Assembly: GCA_023205875.1 (NCBI GenBank)
Contig: CP060772.1
Span: 372,001 to 429,915, forward strand
Direction: 5' to 3'
DNA length: 57,915 nt
Source of the DNA: Chloropicon primus
Lineage: Eukaryota
Below are positions 1 through 11,900 of the stretch, one piece after another. The notes beneath the pieces are model-generated. The model was given only the letters and a program-made list of their open reading frames with translations. It searched no databases and was not told the origin of the DNA. The position numbers were made by a program, and so were the translations under genes. The stretch's first letter is position 1. Each line of letters begins with the position of its first letter.

Positions 1-2
1 TG

Positions 3-65
3 GTCGTGGTTGTCCTGGTGGCAGACAGCGAAACGAGGCTCTACATCCAATCACTGGTGGCGTGA
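3..65 (+). CDS. probable 3' end of a gene truncated by the window edge (…VVVLVADSETRLYIQSLVA*)
   Basis: Open frame with GC3-rich codons ending in TGA at 63-65, followed by an AT-rich spacer that converges on the next gene. Confidence 0.35.
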   Translation, partial: VVVVLVADSETRLYIQSLVA

Positions 66-195
66 CAGCGAAGAGACGGGGAGAGGAGAGGGGTTTTCTC
101 ACAATGACATATGACATGTCATCCACAATTATACTTACAACAAAAAACGATACACCTCGATATATATATATATATATCTTGTAGCTTACAAAGTC

Positions 196-1956
196 CTACT
201 CTTCCTCGTCGATCTCATTCATCTTTCCAAGACCGAAGAGGCTCATGCTGGCGAGACCCGATGTGGCAGCAACGGAGAGGGTCCTGACCTTTCCCACGGC
301 CGTCTTTCCATCCTTGGACCGCCGACCGCCGCCACTGAAGTTGAAGGCACTTGACCTACCGCCCGCGGGCCTCTTGTTCAAGATGGACACCCTCTTGCGC
401 GTCCTGGACTCGGACGACCTCGATGGGTCCACTGTCTGGCTCCGCTTCGGTCTCGTTGGAAGCTCGTCTGGCAAGCTCGCATCACCCTCTTCCATCGCAG
501 CCAGAGGATTCGCGACATCTGTTGTCAAGCTCTTCTTCTGTTGGGTGACTGCCGGCGATGGCGTTGTCTCCATCCCCGCGTCCGAGAGCGAGCCGGCGTA
601 CAGTATGATGGACGCCCTTCCCACCGAGGAAGTTCTTCTCATGAGACGCTTCTCGGACTCGGATGTCAAGCCAATGCGCATGGAGTCATCCTCGTCGATT
701 CTCTCGTCCTCGGTCACGCCACAAACCTCGAGGTCCTCCATGTAAACGTCGTCCTCGTGCCACATGAGGAGACCCATACCGAAGAGCATGACGACCATGC
801 CGGAGCAAAAGATTCCTATCTGTTGGTTCGACAGGCCATTGAACTCCTGGAAGAACATGCCTCCGTTGCAGATGGCAAAGATGGTCCAGAAGGACTGCAT
901 GACGGGCACGATGACCAGGGCATCGAACTCCCTCAGGCCGACGTTGATCTGCTTGTCCCAAAAGATGCCTGTCACGATCATGCCAATGATGAACACGTAG
1001 GTCAGCACCCGGTCGAACTGCTGCTCTCCATCGATGGAGAGCCTGATCTGAAGCATCGTGATCTTCGCGAACGTTACGACTTGGGTACCGATGACAGCGG
1101 AATACGCCGCGAAACACAGCGGTCGGAGCGTCTCCACCCTGATGTTGCCTATCCTCGTGAAGACCAAGTCTCCCTTGTCCCTGTTCTTGATGGGAGACAT
1201 ATCCGTCCCGCTGTAATACGTCTCCAGGTTGGACCCCTTCCTGCTCTGCTTCCGGTCATTGCCCTTCTCCTTCTCCTTCCTCATGTTCTCCTCCGTGTCC
1301 AGCTTGAACGCGTAAAAGTCTCCCGTGTAAGTCATGTAGGCCAAGACGCCCAGCACCACCAGAACTCCCAGGTAGGTCAAGTAACTTCGGTCCTGCATGA
1401 GGTCGATGAGCTCGTCGACGGTGTACGTCTTGTTTCCCGAGCCGCTGCTGTTGGCAACGATGCAGATGACGACGCCGGTAATGATGGAGATCGTCCCGAG
1501 GACGTCGTTCAAGCCCAACCTCTCGTGCAGCACAAAGTAACAGAAGATGAGGTTGCTGACGAACTGCACGGAGGACAAGGACGCGAGTACGCTCTGCTTT
1601 CCGAATCCCAGTGAGATGAAGTTCACCACGTTACTCGCCTTGAAGATGATGAACCCGATCTGCCACGACCTCCACTTGTATATCGGAGCTATGCTCGTGC
1701 GCTTCTTGGCAACCTTGCCACCCTTTCCCGTCTCCCCCGCTTTGGCCACGTGGCCAGGCACCTCACTGATCGGATTCAGGACGAAAGTGCTCCTCGAGTT
1801 CTTGTGCCCGTTCATCCCTCCCCCGTCGACCTCCCTCAAGGCCTCCTCCTCCTGTTCTACCATGTTCTGCCGCCTGTTGAACGCCAGCTTGATAATATTG
1901 GTCCCCAAGTTGATACCAACGTTTGCCATGGTGCACATGCATATTCCCAGCAACAT
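196..1956 (-). CDS. NIPA-family (DMT superfamily) Mg2+ transporter
   Basis: Multi-pass TM protein with W-x-IG…NFISLGFGKQSVLASLSSVQFVSNL and EFDALVIVPVMQSFWT…GGMFFQEF segments typical of NIPA. First in-frame ATG is 1956; an upstream exon is possible. Confidence 0.85.
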   Translation of the reverse strand: MLLGICMCTMANVGINLGTNIIKLAFNRRQNMVEQEEEALREVDGGGMNGHKNSRSTFVLNPISEVPGHVAKAGETGKGGKVAKKRTSIAPIYKWRSWQIGFIIFKASNVVNFISLGFGKQSVLASLSSVQFVSNLIFCYFVLHERLGLNDVLGTISIITGVVICIVANSSGSGNKTYTVDELIDLMQDRSYLTYLGVLVVLGVLAYMTYTGDFYAFKLDTEENMRKEKEKGNDRKQSRKGSNLETYYSGTDMSPIKNRDKGDLVFTRIGNIRVETLRPLCFAAYSAVIGTQVVTFAKITMLQIRLSIDGEQQFDRVLTYVFIIGMIVTGIFWDKQINVGLREFDALVIVPVMQSFWTIFAICNGGMFFQEFNGLSNQQIGIFCSGMVVMLFGMGLLMWHEDDVYMEDLEVCGVTEDERIDEDDSMRIGLTSESEKRLMRRTSSVGRASIILYAGSLSDAGMETTPSPAVTQQKKSLTTDVANPLAAMEEGDASLPDELPTRPKRSQTVDPSRSSESRTRKRVSILNKRPAGGRSSAFNFSGGGRRSKDGKTAVGKVRTLSVAATSGLASMSLFGLGKMNEIDEEE

Positions 1957-3099
1957 GGTGGCCCTTCTTATTGATAACAATTCTATATGGATTGCTCTGG
2001 TCCCAGCCCGGCACGCACAACGCACAAAAGACTTCTGTGCAAACTTTCTGTGTCAGACTCTTTGCCTCAGCAAACCATAAAGGCCTTGGCAAGACCAGAC
2101 TCACAACTCCGGGTCAAGCGGCAAGCTCGGCGCCCAAGATTCAATCTTTGTCCCCCAAACGCAGAGGACAACCTTTGCAATGCCTCTCCCTCCTGCTCTG
2201 ATGCTTCACGAGAGGCTTGGCCCACAAAGTCTCTGCAGACAAGCAGACAAGCTTGACAGGCTGGACAAAAGTTTCAATACCTCTTTTGTCTTCCAAAGTC
2301 GTCTTACTCCGGTCTCTCTCACGCACAAAAGTCTCGAATCTCACCCTGCCGTGTCATGTCATCCTCCTCTGCCTCGCTCTCTCCCCCCTTGTGCACCCTC
2401 TCCCCCTCTGTCACCCCTCCTGCTCCCTCAAACTCCTCCTGCCAATGCCTCAAGTAGCTCCAGCGGTGTCAATCTTGGGTCAAATTGGCAAAGGAAGGGC
2501 TCTATGGAAAGGTCTTTCGACGACAATCAATCCTGTTCCGGTCCCCTTGCTTGTTTCTCCTCGTTTTCCCGTCCTTTCTCGCTCCAAAGATTGCAATCTT
2601 GTCAATCTCTGCTCATCTTTGTCATAAAGATAAAGTGCATCTGACCGGATTTTCCAACGGAATCCTATATAGATTCCAACGGCCAAACACGTGTGAGGGA
2701 GGAGGCAGGGAGGAGGCAGGGAGGAGGAGGAAGATGGCGGCCGAGGCAAGGTGAATGCGGAGAAGGGAGACAAAGATCGCGAAAGACCGTCTCTTGATCT
2801 TTCCAAAGAGCCCTCGCTTGAGAAAAATGAGCACGAGGAGGGCAGGAAAATGGGTGATGATGAGGGGTGGTGATGACTTGGCCGGGGGAAGGGGGGTCAG
2901 GGAGCGAAAAGATCGTCTCTTGCTCGCTCTTTCCACAGAGGAGGGCCCCCACTCGAAGACAGGGGTGGCCGGGGATGCCCTGGAGGTGGTGGCAGACACC
3001 CTATCCTTTACCTAAGAAATCAGATACACATTTATTATGGAACAACACACACACACGCTTGCCTGCCTGCCTGCCTGCCTGCCTGTGTTTGGCAGTTTC

Positions 3100-4323
3100 T
3101 TAATTCGCGGATTTGTGGAGTCGATTCACGAGGGCATCGGCGTCCTGCAGGGACCGGAGTGCCTCCCTGATCTCGCCGTTGCCGTTGGACTCCTCCGCCT
3201 CGATCTCCTTGAGGTGCTTTGCCGCCTGGTGGGCCTGAGCCAACAGCTCGGCGGCCCTTTGCCTCAGTCTTTCCTGCTTCTTCAGCATCAGGTTCCTTTC
3301 GGACACCTTCTTCTTCTTCTTTGCTCCAAAGTCGGGCGTCACCCCCCGGTCCTCCTTCCTCGACTCGTGCCTCTTCTTCGCGCTGGCCGACACGCTGGTC
3401 CTGTACTCCTTCTCCCTCCACTTCTTCTTCATGGCTTCCGAGATCTTCCGCCTGTGCTCCTCGGACTTGGGCTGCCCGCTCTGCCTCTCCCCGCCGCCCC
3501 CCGACGCCAGGCCCCGGCTCTTCTTCGCCAAGCTCGCGGCCCTCCTCCTCTGGGCAGACGCCTCCTTCTGCCGAAGTTTCTTCTCCACTCTCTCGAGCTT
3601 CCTCAGGTTGTAGAGGCTCTCCCTCCTCTCCTGAATCTCAAGCAAGCCCGACCACACCGACTTGACCATGTCCCTCTTCTCCCTGGCCATCTTCTGCCTG
3701 CTCACGTGGACCATCCTAGCCGCCCTGATCTTCTTCCTCGTCGCCTCCGAGTGCTTCTTCCCCTGCTGCCTCGACCGGATCACCTCCGCCAACGCCGGGT
3801 TCTCCGTGTAAGTCTCCCTCAAACTCTGGCGTATCTTTCGCCGCGTCGCCACCTTGTGAGGCATGCCAACGTTCCACGGCACCCGACCGCTGTTTGCCGT
3901 CGATATCTTCCCCCTCCGCACGCTTTCCGCCTCCTCTGTCTTGCCAAACCCGTTCCTGTACTCGTACACTCTCGCCGCCTCCGCCTCCTCCTCCCCCACC
4001 ACAGGGCGTGGATCCGGTGAAGGGACGCGTCCTTGAGGATCCCCGGACGCCTCACCGCCTTCCCTGCCGCGGCCCAACACCTCCGCCATCGTCACCCTCA
4101 ACCCCGTGGCCTCGTAGTGTGTCACCTCGCCCTCCTCCGCGTCCCGGAACACTGCACCGCACCCACCCACCACCCTCACCCTCCTCCAGGCAACACACAA
4201 TGCCTCCTCACCTCGATAACGAGCATTACGAAACGTCCGTAACCGTCGGAAGCTGCAGGTGGTGCACCCAGCCACTTTGGAAGACGCCCTGTCCATCCAA
4301 TGCCTCCCTTGCAGCTTGCTCAT
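3100..4323 (-). CDS. NUMOD3/IENR2-motif basic coiled-coil nucleic-acid-binding protein, possibly organelle-targeted
   Basis: Three NUMOD3-like motifs: GRVPWNVGMPHKVATRRKI, GKKHSEATRKKI, GQPKSEEHRRKISEAM. R/S-rich N-terminus from ATG 4323 (start uncertain). Confidence 0.7.
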   Translation of the reverse strand: MSKLQGRHWMDRASSKVAGCTTCSFRRLRTFRNARYRGEEALCVAWRRVRVVGGCGAVFRDAEEGEVTHYEATGLRVTMAEVLGRGREGGEASGDPQGRVPSPDPRPVVGEEEAEAARVYEYRNGFGKTEEAESVRRGKISTANSGRVPWNVGMPHKVATRRKIRQSLRETYTENPALAEVIRSRQQGKKHSEATRKKIRAARMVHVSRQKMAREKRDMVKSVWSGLLEIQERRESLYNLRKLERVEKKLRQKEASAQRRRAASLAKKSRGLASGGGGERQSGQPKSEEHRRKISEAMKKKWREKEYRTSVSASAKKRHESRKEDRGVTPDFGAKKKKKVSERNLMLKKQERLRQRAAELLAQAHQAAKHLKEIEAEESNGNGEIREALRSLQDADALVNRLHKSAN

Positions 4324-4395
4324 GCTTCCCAAGGACTTCGTTTTGGACTCCTCCTCGAGTTTCTTCGCCGTCAGGGATCCAAACCGAGCAAGCGA

Positions 4396-5026
4396 CCGCT
4401 CTACGGAACGCTCGCGAGATGATCTTTCCAACGATGCTTTTCTCGAACGCCACACCTTCCGATAAAGTGTTCTCCTTCGTAAGAGAGAAGCTTGTTCGAT
4501 GATGACCACGTCCTCGCTCTTCCTTATCCAAGTCTCTACTGCCTCGCTCAGGAATCCAAACGGAGCAAGCGAGGGCTCTACGGAACGCTCGCGAGATAAG
4601 CTTTCCGATGAGCCTACCCTCGCCCCCTTCACCTTCCGCTAACCCTCTCTCCTCCCTTGCTCAACGTCGCCGACTGCCAACGGCAGCGAAGAAGGAAACT
4701 ATAAAGTGACAAGCACGTGGTGAGGAGGCTTTTTTAGCCACAAGCTTGAGGTGCAGCAATTGCGGGACTTTTGATGGCGACGGAGGGTAGATGGGACGAA
4801 AGGGGAGTGACTGAGGGAGCGAATCGTCTCGCTAGCTTTCCAATGACCTCTTGATGGAAAGATTTGGTTCCATTTTGAGGAATTGAGCTCAAGAATGGTT
4901 TGAGAATCCAAGTTTTGAACCTCGACTGTCGTGACTTTGGCGTACGCTGGTGGACGGGATAAAGCGAGGGAAGGCGAGGAGAGCATGAAGGGCGAAGGCT
5001 TAACTCGAGATCTTTTGATTGATGTG
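4396..5026. promoter_or_regulatory. four-site palindrome array in a divergent promoter
   Basis: Right arms start at 4424, 4601, 4836 and 5012 (spacings 177/235/176); function inferred. Confidence 0.6.
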
Positions 5027-5089
5027 TCGCATGAAGGCATGGGTTCCATTTGGAGTACCTAACTCTGGAGACGAAGGCATTTCGTGGTG

Positions 5090-6067
5090 ATGAAGCTGGA
5101 AGGAGGAAGGAGGAAGGTGAGGGGTGCCAAGGGGCCTCCGTCGCTTCAGGGGAGGGGAAGGCGCCGTGAAGCGGTTCGTGTGAGATCGTCCTCGTCATTC
5201 GAGTCAGGGGAAGGAGTTTCGGGAAGACACACGCTTCCCAGCGGCCTGGAGCTCGAGACAAAGTACGCCAAGGGCGTCGCAGGAGACTTGCCTCCCTCGA
5301 GAGGGAAGGCGAGTTTGATCCATCTTCATGGGAGCTACCACGCGTGCTGGTGCTGGGACAACTTCTTTGCGTACTTCGCGTCAAGGGGCTACGATTGCTA
5401 CGCTTGCAGCTTCCTTGGACAAGGCAGTAGCTCGATACCCGACGGCGAGGTTGCGGGCACGGTGGCGAGTCACGCTCTGGACGTACGGCACTGGATTTCG
5501 ACCATAGAGGGTCCGAAGGTCCTTGTGGCGCACAGCTTTGGTGGTCTGATCGCACAGAAGCTCGTGGCGACATCTCCACTGGAAGACATCGCCGCGGTTG
5601 CCCTGCTGTGCTCCGTACCTCCTAGCGGGAACGGAGCGATGAGCTTGAGATTTCTCAGAAGGCAACCCGTCTCGGCCCTGCAGCTGGCTTACGCGTTCGT
5701 CACCAGGAATTTCGAGACGAACGCAGACGTTTGCAGGCAGATCTTCTTCTCGGAGAGCTTGCCGCGGTCCGAATTGCTGCTGTATCAAAGCCGGATGAGG
5801 GAATCGTGCAACCTGCCCCTCCTCGATGTCCGTGCCGTTTCGGAGGAGCTCCCCGTGGTCCAAAAGTCCTCCAGGGAGTTCGAAGCTTTCGTTTGCGGCA
5901 CTGCGGCAGACAAAGTGGTGGACCTGGACGGGGTGCGGGAAACCGCAGAAACGTTTGGGGTGGAGCCCGTCGTGTTCAAGTCCATAGCGCACGACGTGAT
6001 GCTCGACGCGGGCTGGGAGGAAGTCGCCGAATCCATCTTGGCGTTCCTGGAAGGCATTCCCACGTAA
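5090..6067 (+). CDS. alpha/beta-hydrolase fold protein
   Basis: HGSYHACWCW oxyanion region, nucleophile elbow AHSFGG, acid in ADKVVD, His in AHDVMLD. Confidence 0.85.
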   Translation: MKLEGGRRKVRGAKGPPSLQGRGRRREAVRVRSSSSFESGEGVSGRHTLPSGLELETKYAKGVAGDLPPSRGKASLIHLHGSYHACWCWDNFFAYFASRGYDCYACSFLGQGSSSIPDGEVAGTVASHALDVRHWISTIEGPKVLVAHSFGGLIAQKLVATSPLEDIAAVALLCSVPPSGNGAMSLRFLRRQPVSALQLAYAFVTRNFETNADVCRQIFFSESLPRSELLLYQSRMRESCNLPLLDVRAVSEELPVVQKSSREFEAFVCGTAADKVVDLDGVRETAETFGVEPVVFKSIAHDVMLDAGWEEVAESILAFLEGIPT

Positions 6068-6656
6068 TTCTCCTTTGTTGAGCTTCAAGTGTCGCGCCTA
6101 CGAGTCCACCCCGGCACCATTGTCCCCGCCAAACCCATCCAACCCGATCGTGGCCCTCCCTCCCTCCCTCCACCCTCATTCACCCTCATCGACCCTCCGC
6201 CAGAGCAGCTCTCCCCGTCCAAATCCCAACCAAACCCAGCAAGCCGCACACCATTGGAAAGCCCGCGAGTCCCTCTTCAAGCTGATGCGCTTCTCTTCGC
6301 CATCGGAACCCTCTCCCGTCGCGTGCTCCCTTCCAAACACCGCCCTCTCCTCCTCCTCCTCCAATCAAAGAATTCCTTGAAAAAAAAAATTATATTAAAA
6401 ACCATTTGACCAGAATCTCCTGGAGGTTTATCGAAAAAGTCATTGGACACGAAAACGGGAGGAAACCAAGTAAGTTCGGGACAATGTAGGGCTCCAGGAG
6501 TCTGTCAGTGACGAAAGATACCATCTTCGATGAAACCTTCATGCGATGCTCTTTCCAAAGATACCTCACTTGAAGGAAATGCTTCACTATTGAAGTTTTG
6601 ACACCCATTGAACTGACCATGGAGCATTCACTTCCATTGTTCTTCCTCTGTGCAGG

Positions 6657-8892
6657 ATGGATGCCTCGTTACTTCAAGCGATACAGAAGGGCAGGGGCCT
6701 GAAGAAGAGTCCAAGGAGACCCTCCACAGCAAGGAGAGTCTCTACCATGGGCGCAGCTCCTCCACCTCCTGCAAAGGTAAGGAGGATTCACTCCCCTCCC
6801 TGCACATTCCTGTCCCCATTTCCATTCATTCATTCATTCCTTCAAGCCAAAACGTTTGTGTTTGCTTAGGCTGACACCATGTCCTTCGATTGCTTTTGTT
6901 TTGATTGCTTTCTTGATTCATAAATTGTTTCTGCAGGACTCTCCTGGACCAGCAAAGGCTGCACCACCACCACCACCAGCAAAGGCCAACTCTGGGCCAC
7001 CCAAAGCACCACCACCACCACCGCCACCACCACCAAAAGGTGGAGCGAAAGCTCCTGCCAAGCCAAAAGCTGCTCCACCGCCACCAAAACCCAAGGCCAA
7101 GCCAGCTGCACCACCACCACCGAAGCCCAAGCCAAAGCCTGCTGCACCGGCACCACCGCCACCAGCACCGAAGCCAAAGCCTGCTGCACCGGCACCACCG
7201 CCACCAGCACCGAAGCCCAAGCCAGCTGCACCGGCACCACCGCCACCAGCACCGAAGCCAAAGCCTGCAGCACCACCACCACCAGCACCGAAGCCTGCAG
7301 CACCGAAGCCAGCTGCACCACCACCACCAGCACCGAAGCCTGCAGCACCGAAGCCAGCTGCACCACCGGCACCAGCACCGACACCTGCAGCCCCAAAGCC
7401 TGCAGCACCACCGGCACCAGCACCGACACCTGCAGCCCCAAAGCCTGCAGCCCCACCAGCACCAGCACCAGCACCGGCACCTGCTGCATCACCTGCGGCA
7501 CCGGGACCGGCAGCGGCAGCGAACGGAGACAAGAAGAGGGTGTCGTTTGCAATCACAGAGTCCACGAAGGATCTCTCGGTGGAGTCCAAGAATGAGATCA
7601 ACGAGATGGTCTCGGAGCTCCGCAGGCTTTCTCCGGTGCACAAGTCATCCAGCAGGAGCCCCATCGCTGGACTTGGGCTGGACATGAACTCCAAGTACGT
7701 TCCGAAGAAGGACGCACCCAAGGCGGTTCAAAAGGCTTCGCCCAAGGTGCGCCACAGAAGGAAGAGCGCGTTGAAAAAGTTGAGCACGGTGGGACAGACG
7801 ACCGATGCCGGGGCAGAAAAGGCCTCGGAGCAGCAAAGCAGCGTGAGGTGGGCTGATGACGCCCCGGCCGAGGACGAGCCGCAGCATCACAACGAGGCTC
7901 CTCCGATGCAGAGAGGAGGTGGGGGGGGCGAGCAGGTTCAGCAGAGAGCCGGGACTCTTGGACAAAGGAAGGCCGAGGGAAGGTCAGCAAGGCCTGCACA
8001 TCCATCTGGCTCCTCATTGCACGACGACGACGCCCCGAGTGAACTTGAGTTCGACTTCGACGGGAACGAGCGATTGATGGGATCGAGTCAAGGGGAGAAG
8101 GAGGCGTACAAGAGGCACATCCCTCTGGATCCTCTCAAGGAGCTCGAGCCGCTTCACAGGATCATCCCCCTGGAAGAGATCTTGCAGCAGAACGAGATGG
8201 AGGAGCAGATGATGGTGAGCACGACCGAGTTCAACGCGACGGTGAAGCTGTTCAGGGACAGGGAGAAGAAGTACCAGGAGGCCATCCAGATTTTAGAGGA
8301 GAGGAACAGAACTTTGCAGAAGATCGTCGTGGAGAGGGACAACGTCGTGGCCTATTTGCAGGCAAAGGTTCAGAGCCCGACGAAAAGGCAGCATCCAGGA
8401 GAGAGGGGGAGTTACAGGGAGCTTGACTTGGACGGCATGGATGCTGACGAATATCCGGTCCTTGGAATGAGGAGCCCGTCCCAGATGCCCAATATCGCTG
8501 GGCTGAGCTCCTACATTGAGAAGCCGAGCCCGAGTTACTCGTCTTACTCGAGGAAGTCCCACGCGCCACCAACAAGTTACGGCGGCAGCAGTTACAACAG
8601 CATCAGCAGTTATAACATCGGCGGCGGCGAGACCGCAGAGAACACTTTCTCGAGCACCCCTTCCCTGGTTGACACGGTGTACTCGTCGCCCTTCCAGCAG
8701 AGTGGCCGAGTTGGACTGGGCCTGTCGGACACGAGGGGGAACGACTCCAGTGCCGCGGAGGGCGTCTTCAGCAGCCGTTACGCGAGCGAATTCAAAAAAT
8801 CAGCGCAGAGCACGCCATCGCCAGGCCCGAAAAAGTTTGAGAGGCGGTTGACAAAGTTCGACAAGTCTTCGATCTTCAGCAAGTACACTTGA
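6657..8892 (+). CDS. WH2-motif, polyproline-rich, coiled-coil protein (exons 6657-6776, 6937-8892)
   Basis: Exon 1 MDASLLQAIQKGRGLKK is WH2-like. A GTAAGG…CTGCAG intron joins in frame to a PA/PK-rich tract and a coiled coil (YQEAIQILEERNRTLQ). Confidence 0.7.
6955..7520 (+). repeat. coding minisatellite encoding (PAAPAPPPPAPKPK)-like units
   Basis: Tandem CCA/GCA/CCG-rich units within the CDS. Confidence 0.85.
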
Positions 8893-8986
8893 AGCTTGAG
8901 ATGGAAATAAAAGAGAAGGAAGGTAAATCGTTTTATAGGCTTCTTCTTTGTATTAAACACACAGCAACACCTGTTCTCCGCTTCCC

Positions 8987-11900
8987 TTACATCTTTCTGG
9001 TTAGCATAAGAGACTCTTGCCTCATGGAAGCAAAGTGGTGCTGAATGGCCTGTTCCAGCCCAGCCTTCGCCTCGAGAAGGCCGTGATCATGCTGCGTTTC
9101 GAGCTTGGAGGCCAGAGCATCGAGCATGTTGTATGGAATGCACATGGCACCCGATTTCTGCCTCTCCCTTGGGTCGGTCAGGAGGATCTTCCAGGTCTGG
9201 AGCATCTCAATGGCGATGCCGCTAGCATCGGAAATCAGCTCGTGCTTGAGGAGGATGTGGAGCAAATCCGCGTAACCTTGGAAGGACTTGCGTTCTATCA
9301 AGTCGTTCTTGAAAGAATCCAAAAGCCACTGCGGCACGCAAATGTTCCTCCTTTCCGTGAGCAGCGTGTCTGTCACAATCAGGCGGAGCCTATAATTGCA
9401 CGTCCTGTCATCAAAACGCTTCAGAAAGTCTTTGAGAAGACCCCAGGGCTGGGATTGATCCTGCGGCGCTCCGAGGAACTGGCTTGTGGCAGCCACGCTC
9501 CCGCTTCCTGACATCACGGCATCGAGAGAGTCGATGCCCTGCCCAACGGGAGACACGCAGTGCCTCGCCAGCTCCCTGGAGACTATATCCAGGAGCATAT
9601 CCTTCTCATTTTGACGGTCCACGGGAAGGGCCTCGGCAAGGTCCGTGACCAGCTTGTACTTTCCCTTCTTCGCCAGGAGCTCAAACACCTCGATGGGGGA
9701 CTTGTGGAAGAACAGCACCGAGGGGGAGTGGTCTTGCGACAGTTCGCTGCACAAGAGCCTTCCCCGGGAAGTTATCAGCTCGCACTTGATCATCTCCAAA
9801 GTCAAGATTTGGTTCTCTTCCGCTTCCTCCGCCTGCTTGGAGCTCTCCGAGTTTCGGGCATGCTGAACGAAGTCTGCGTTCTCGACCCACCTGAACTCCT
9901 CCTTGGAAAGGGAGAGGGAGTTGTGTGCAACGAGCAATGCTCTGTAGTGCGACTTCATGTCCCTGATCGTGAAATCGGTGCTCTCTCCTGATTCCAGGCG
10001 CCTGACGTACCTCATCATCACACGAGCGGCATAACGGTGCTTGTGAAGCTTCGTGTAAAAGGAATACAGGGGCAGGTACGGATTGACTCCGTTGTCGATG
10101 CTCATGTGGTCGCAGTGCCAAAGCAATGCGTTCTCGACCTCCGAGAGGTAGAAGACGGGCATCTGCTCGCCGCTGGGTGAATTCCTATCCGTGCTTCTGT
10201 TGCCCACCAGAGGAAGCTGGCAAAGGCAAGACACCATGTCCGCCTCAAACAGAGTGATGACCAAGGTATGCAGAGCGGCAATGCTGGAAGAGTCGACTGG
10301 ATTCGCTATGATGGTCACGTAGGCCGCATTCCACATTTTCAGATCCAAGAAAAGCTCGAAGAGGGTTGTCCACAACTTTCCTTGCTCCTGCTCTGCTCCC
10401 ACCTCCCCCGACGAGTTTCTGACCTGGGCAATCGCCGCTAGGGTGAATTTCACTGCCCCCCTGAGGTTCCCGACTCGCCGGAACAAAAGCGTTATGGTCT
10501 TGTAGTAATCCAACCTTGAGAAGTCGGCAACAGATGCCCCGCTCGTGGTGCCCTGCAGCTCGTGTTTCAGCTGGTGGATCCCCTGCCTCAAGTCCATTGA
10601 CCCGGCCTCAATCCCATTGACTGCCGAGAAGAAGGATTCCTCCGCCGCCAAGGCCTCGCTGGCAGCACACTGCGCGCAATAGCCAAGGCCCCTGATGAAC
10701 CGAAATTCTGGGGTGTGGGAGATCCCTCTCTCACAGGTGTCCAGAATGCTGTGAATGACGTCCGTCTGCCCCAGCGCGTAGAGGCACAGGGTCGTCTTTA
10801 GCATCATGGAGGACAGCAATGCGACGCTCTCTTGGCCAGCGGCGCCCGCGCTGCTATGGACACCAAAAGATTCGCAGAAAGAGAGAGCTTCCTGAAGGAG
10901 CGACTGCTTTGGGTTGCCAGAGCTCGTCCACTCCCACAGCTTTGATGATGCCATCGTCGAAGCAAGGCTTGGCTGCAAGCGGTAAGTCACCTGATCCTCT
11001 GCCGATGCCTTTCGCGCCTTGTTCCCCGGAAGGAGCCTGACCCTCTTCGTTCCAACGCTCATGCCACCCCTCCTCATGCTGTTTGCCCTTCTTGAGGAGA
11101 TGAGATACACTACCTTCACGCTCTGCAGGCCCAAGCTACAGTACTGGCTCACTGGCCTGATCGCGACGGAGTACGCCCCGGATTGGCTTGAGAATCGATA
11201 AAGGTGCAAAGTGATCAACAAGTTCATGAAGAGCTCTATCCTGGAGAGACTGAGGGTCTCCAGGAGAGACCCCAACGAGTTTCCTAGGATTCTGGAAGGC
11301 TCTTTTGCCATCCTTCCGGTGTCCATGTCTTGGGGCAATTCGCCGCCCTCGCCGCTTCTCATAGAAATCAAGTCCAAAAAAGAATGAACGACTTGCTCCA
11401 GGTCACCAATGTCCAGAATCGTGGACACAAGATCAAACAGGTGACACCTCCTCTCCTTAAGCCTCTGACCCAGACGCGCCCTTTCCACGTTATCCGCCTG
11501 GGTCAGTGTGGACTTCTCAAAGAGGTTTCCCTGGACGGCTGCCTTGGCAACGTGGTCAGCCACTTTGGTGGGGCTTTCACCCAAACACACCAAGTGGACA
11601 GAGAAATTCTTGTTCCAGGCCCCAACAAGGCGCTCAGTGCAGCTCATTGCTTGCCTGAGCTGCGCTAAACTGGGCGACTCGTGCTCGTTCCAGAATTGGA
11701 AAAGATCAACATCCTCTGCCTCCCTGAGAATGCCAATGCTGCCATTGCTTCTGATCGCCAGGATCAAGTCTTCTCCGTCGGACCCCGTTCTAAGAAGACC
11801 CAAGGACGTGGGAGAGTGTCTCTGCTTCCAGAACCTGACATAGAGCCTCAAGAAGTGCAGCCAATGCTCCACCTTTGGCTCTTTATGTCCTGACTGGTGA

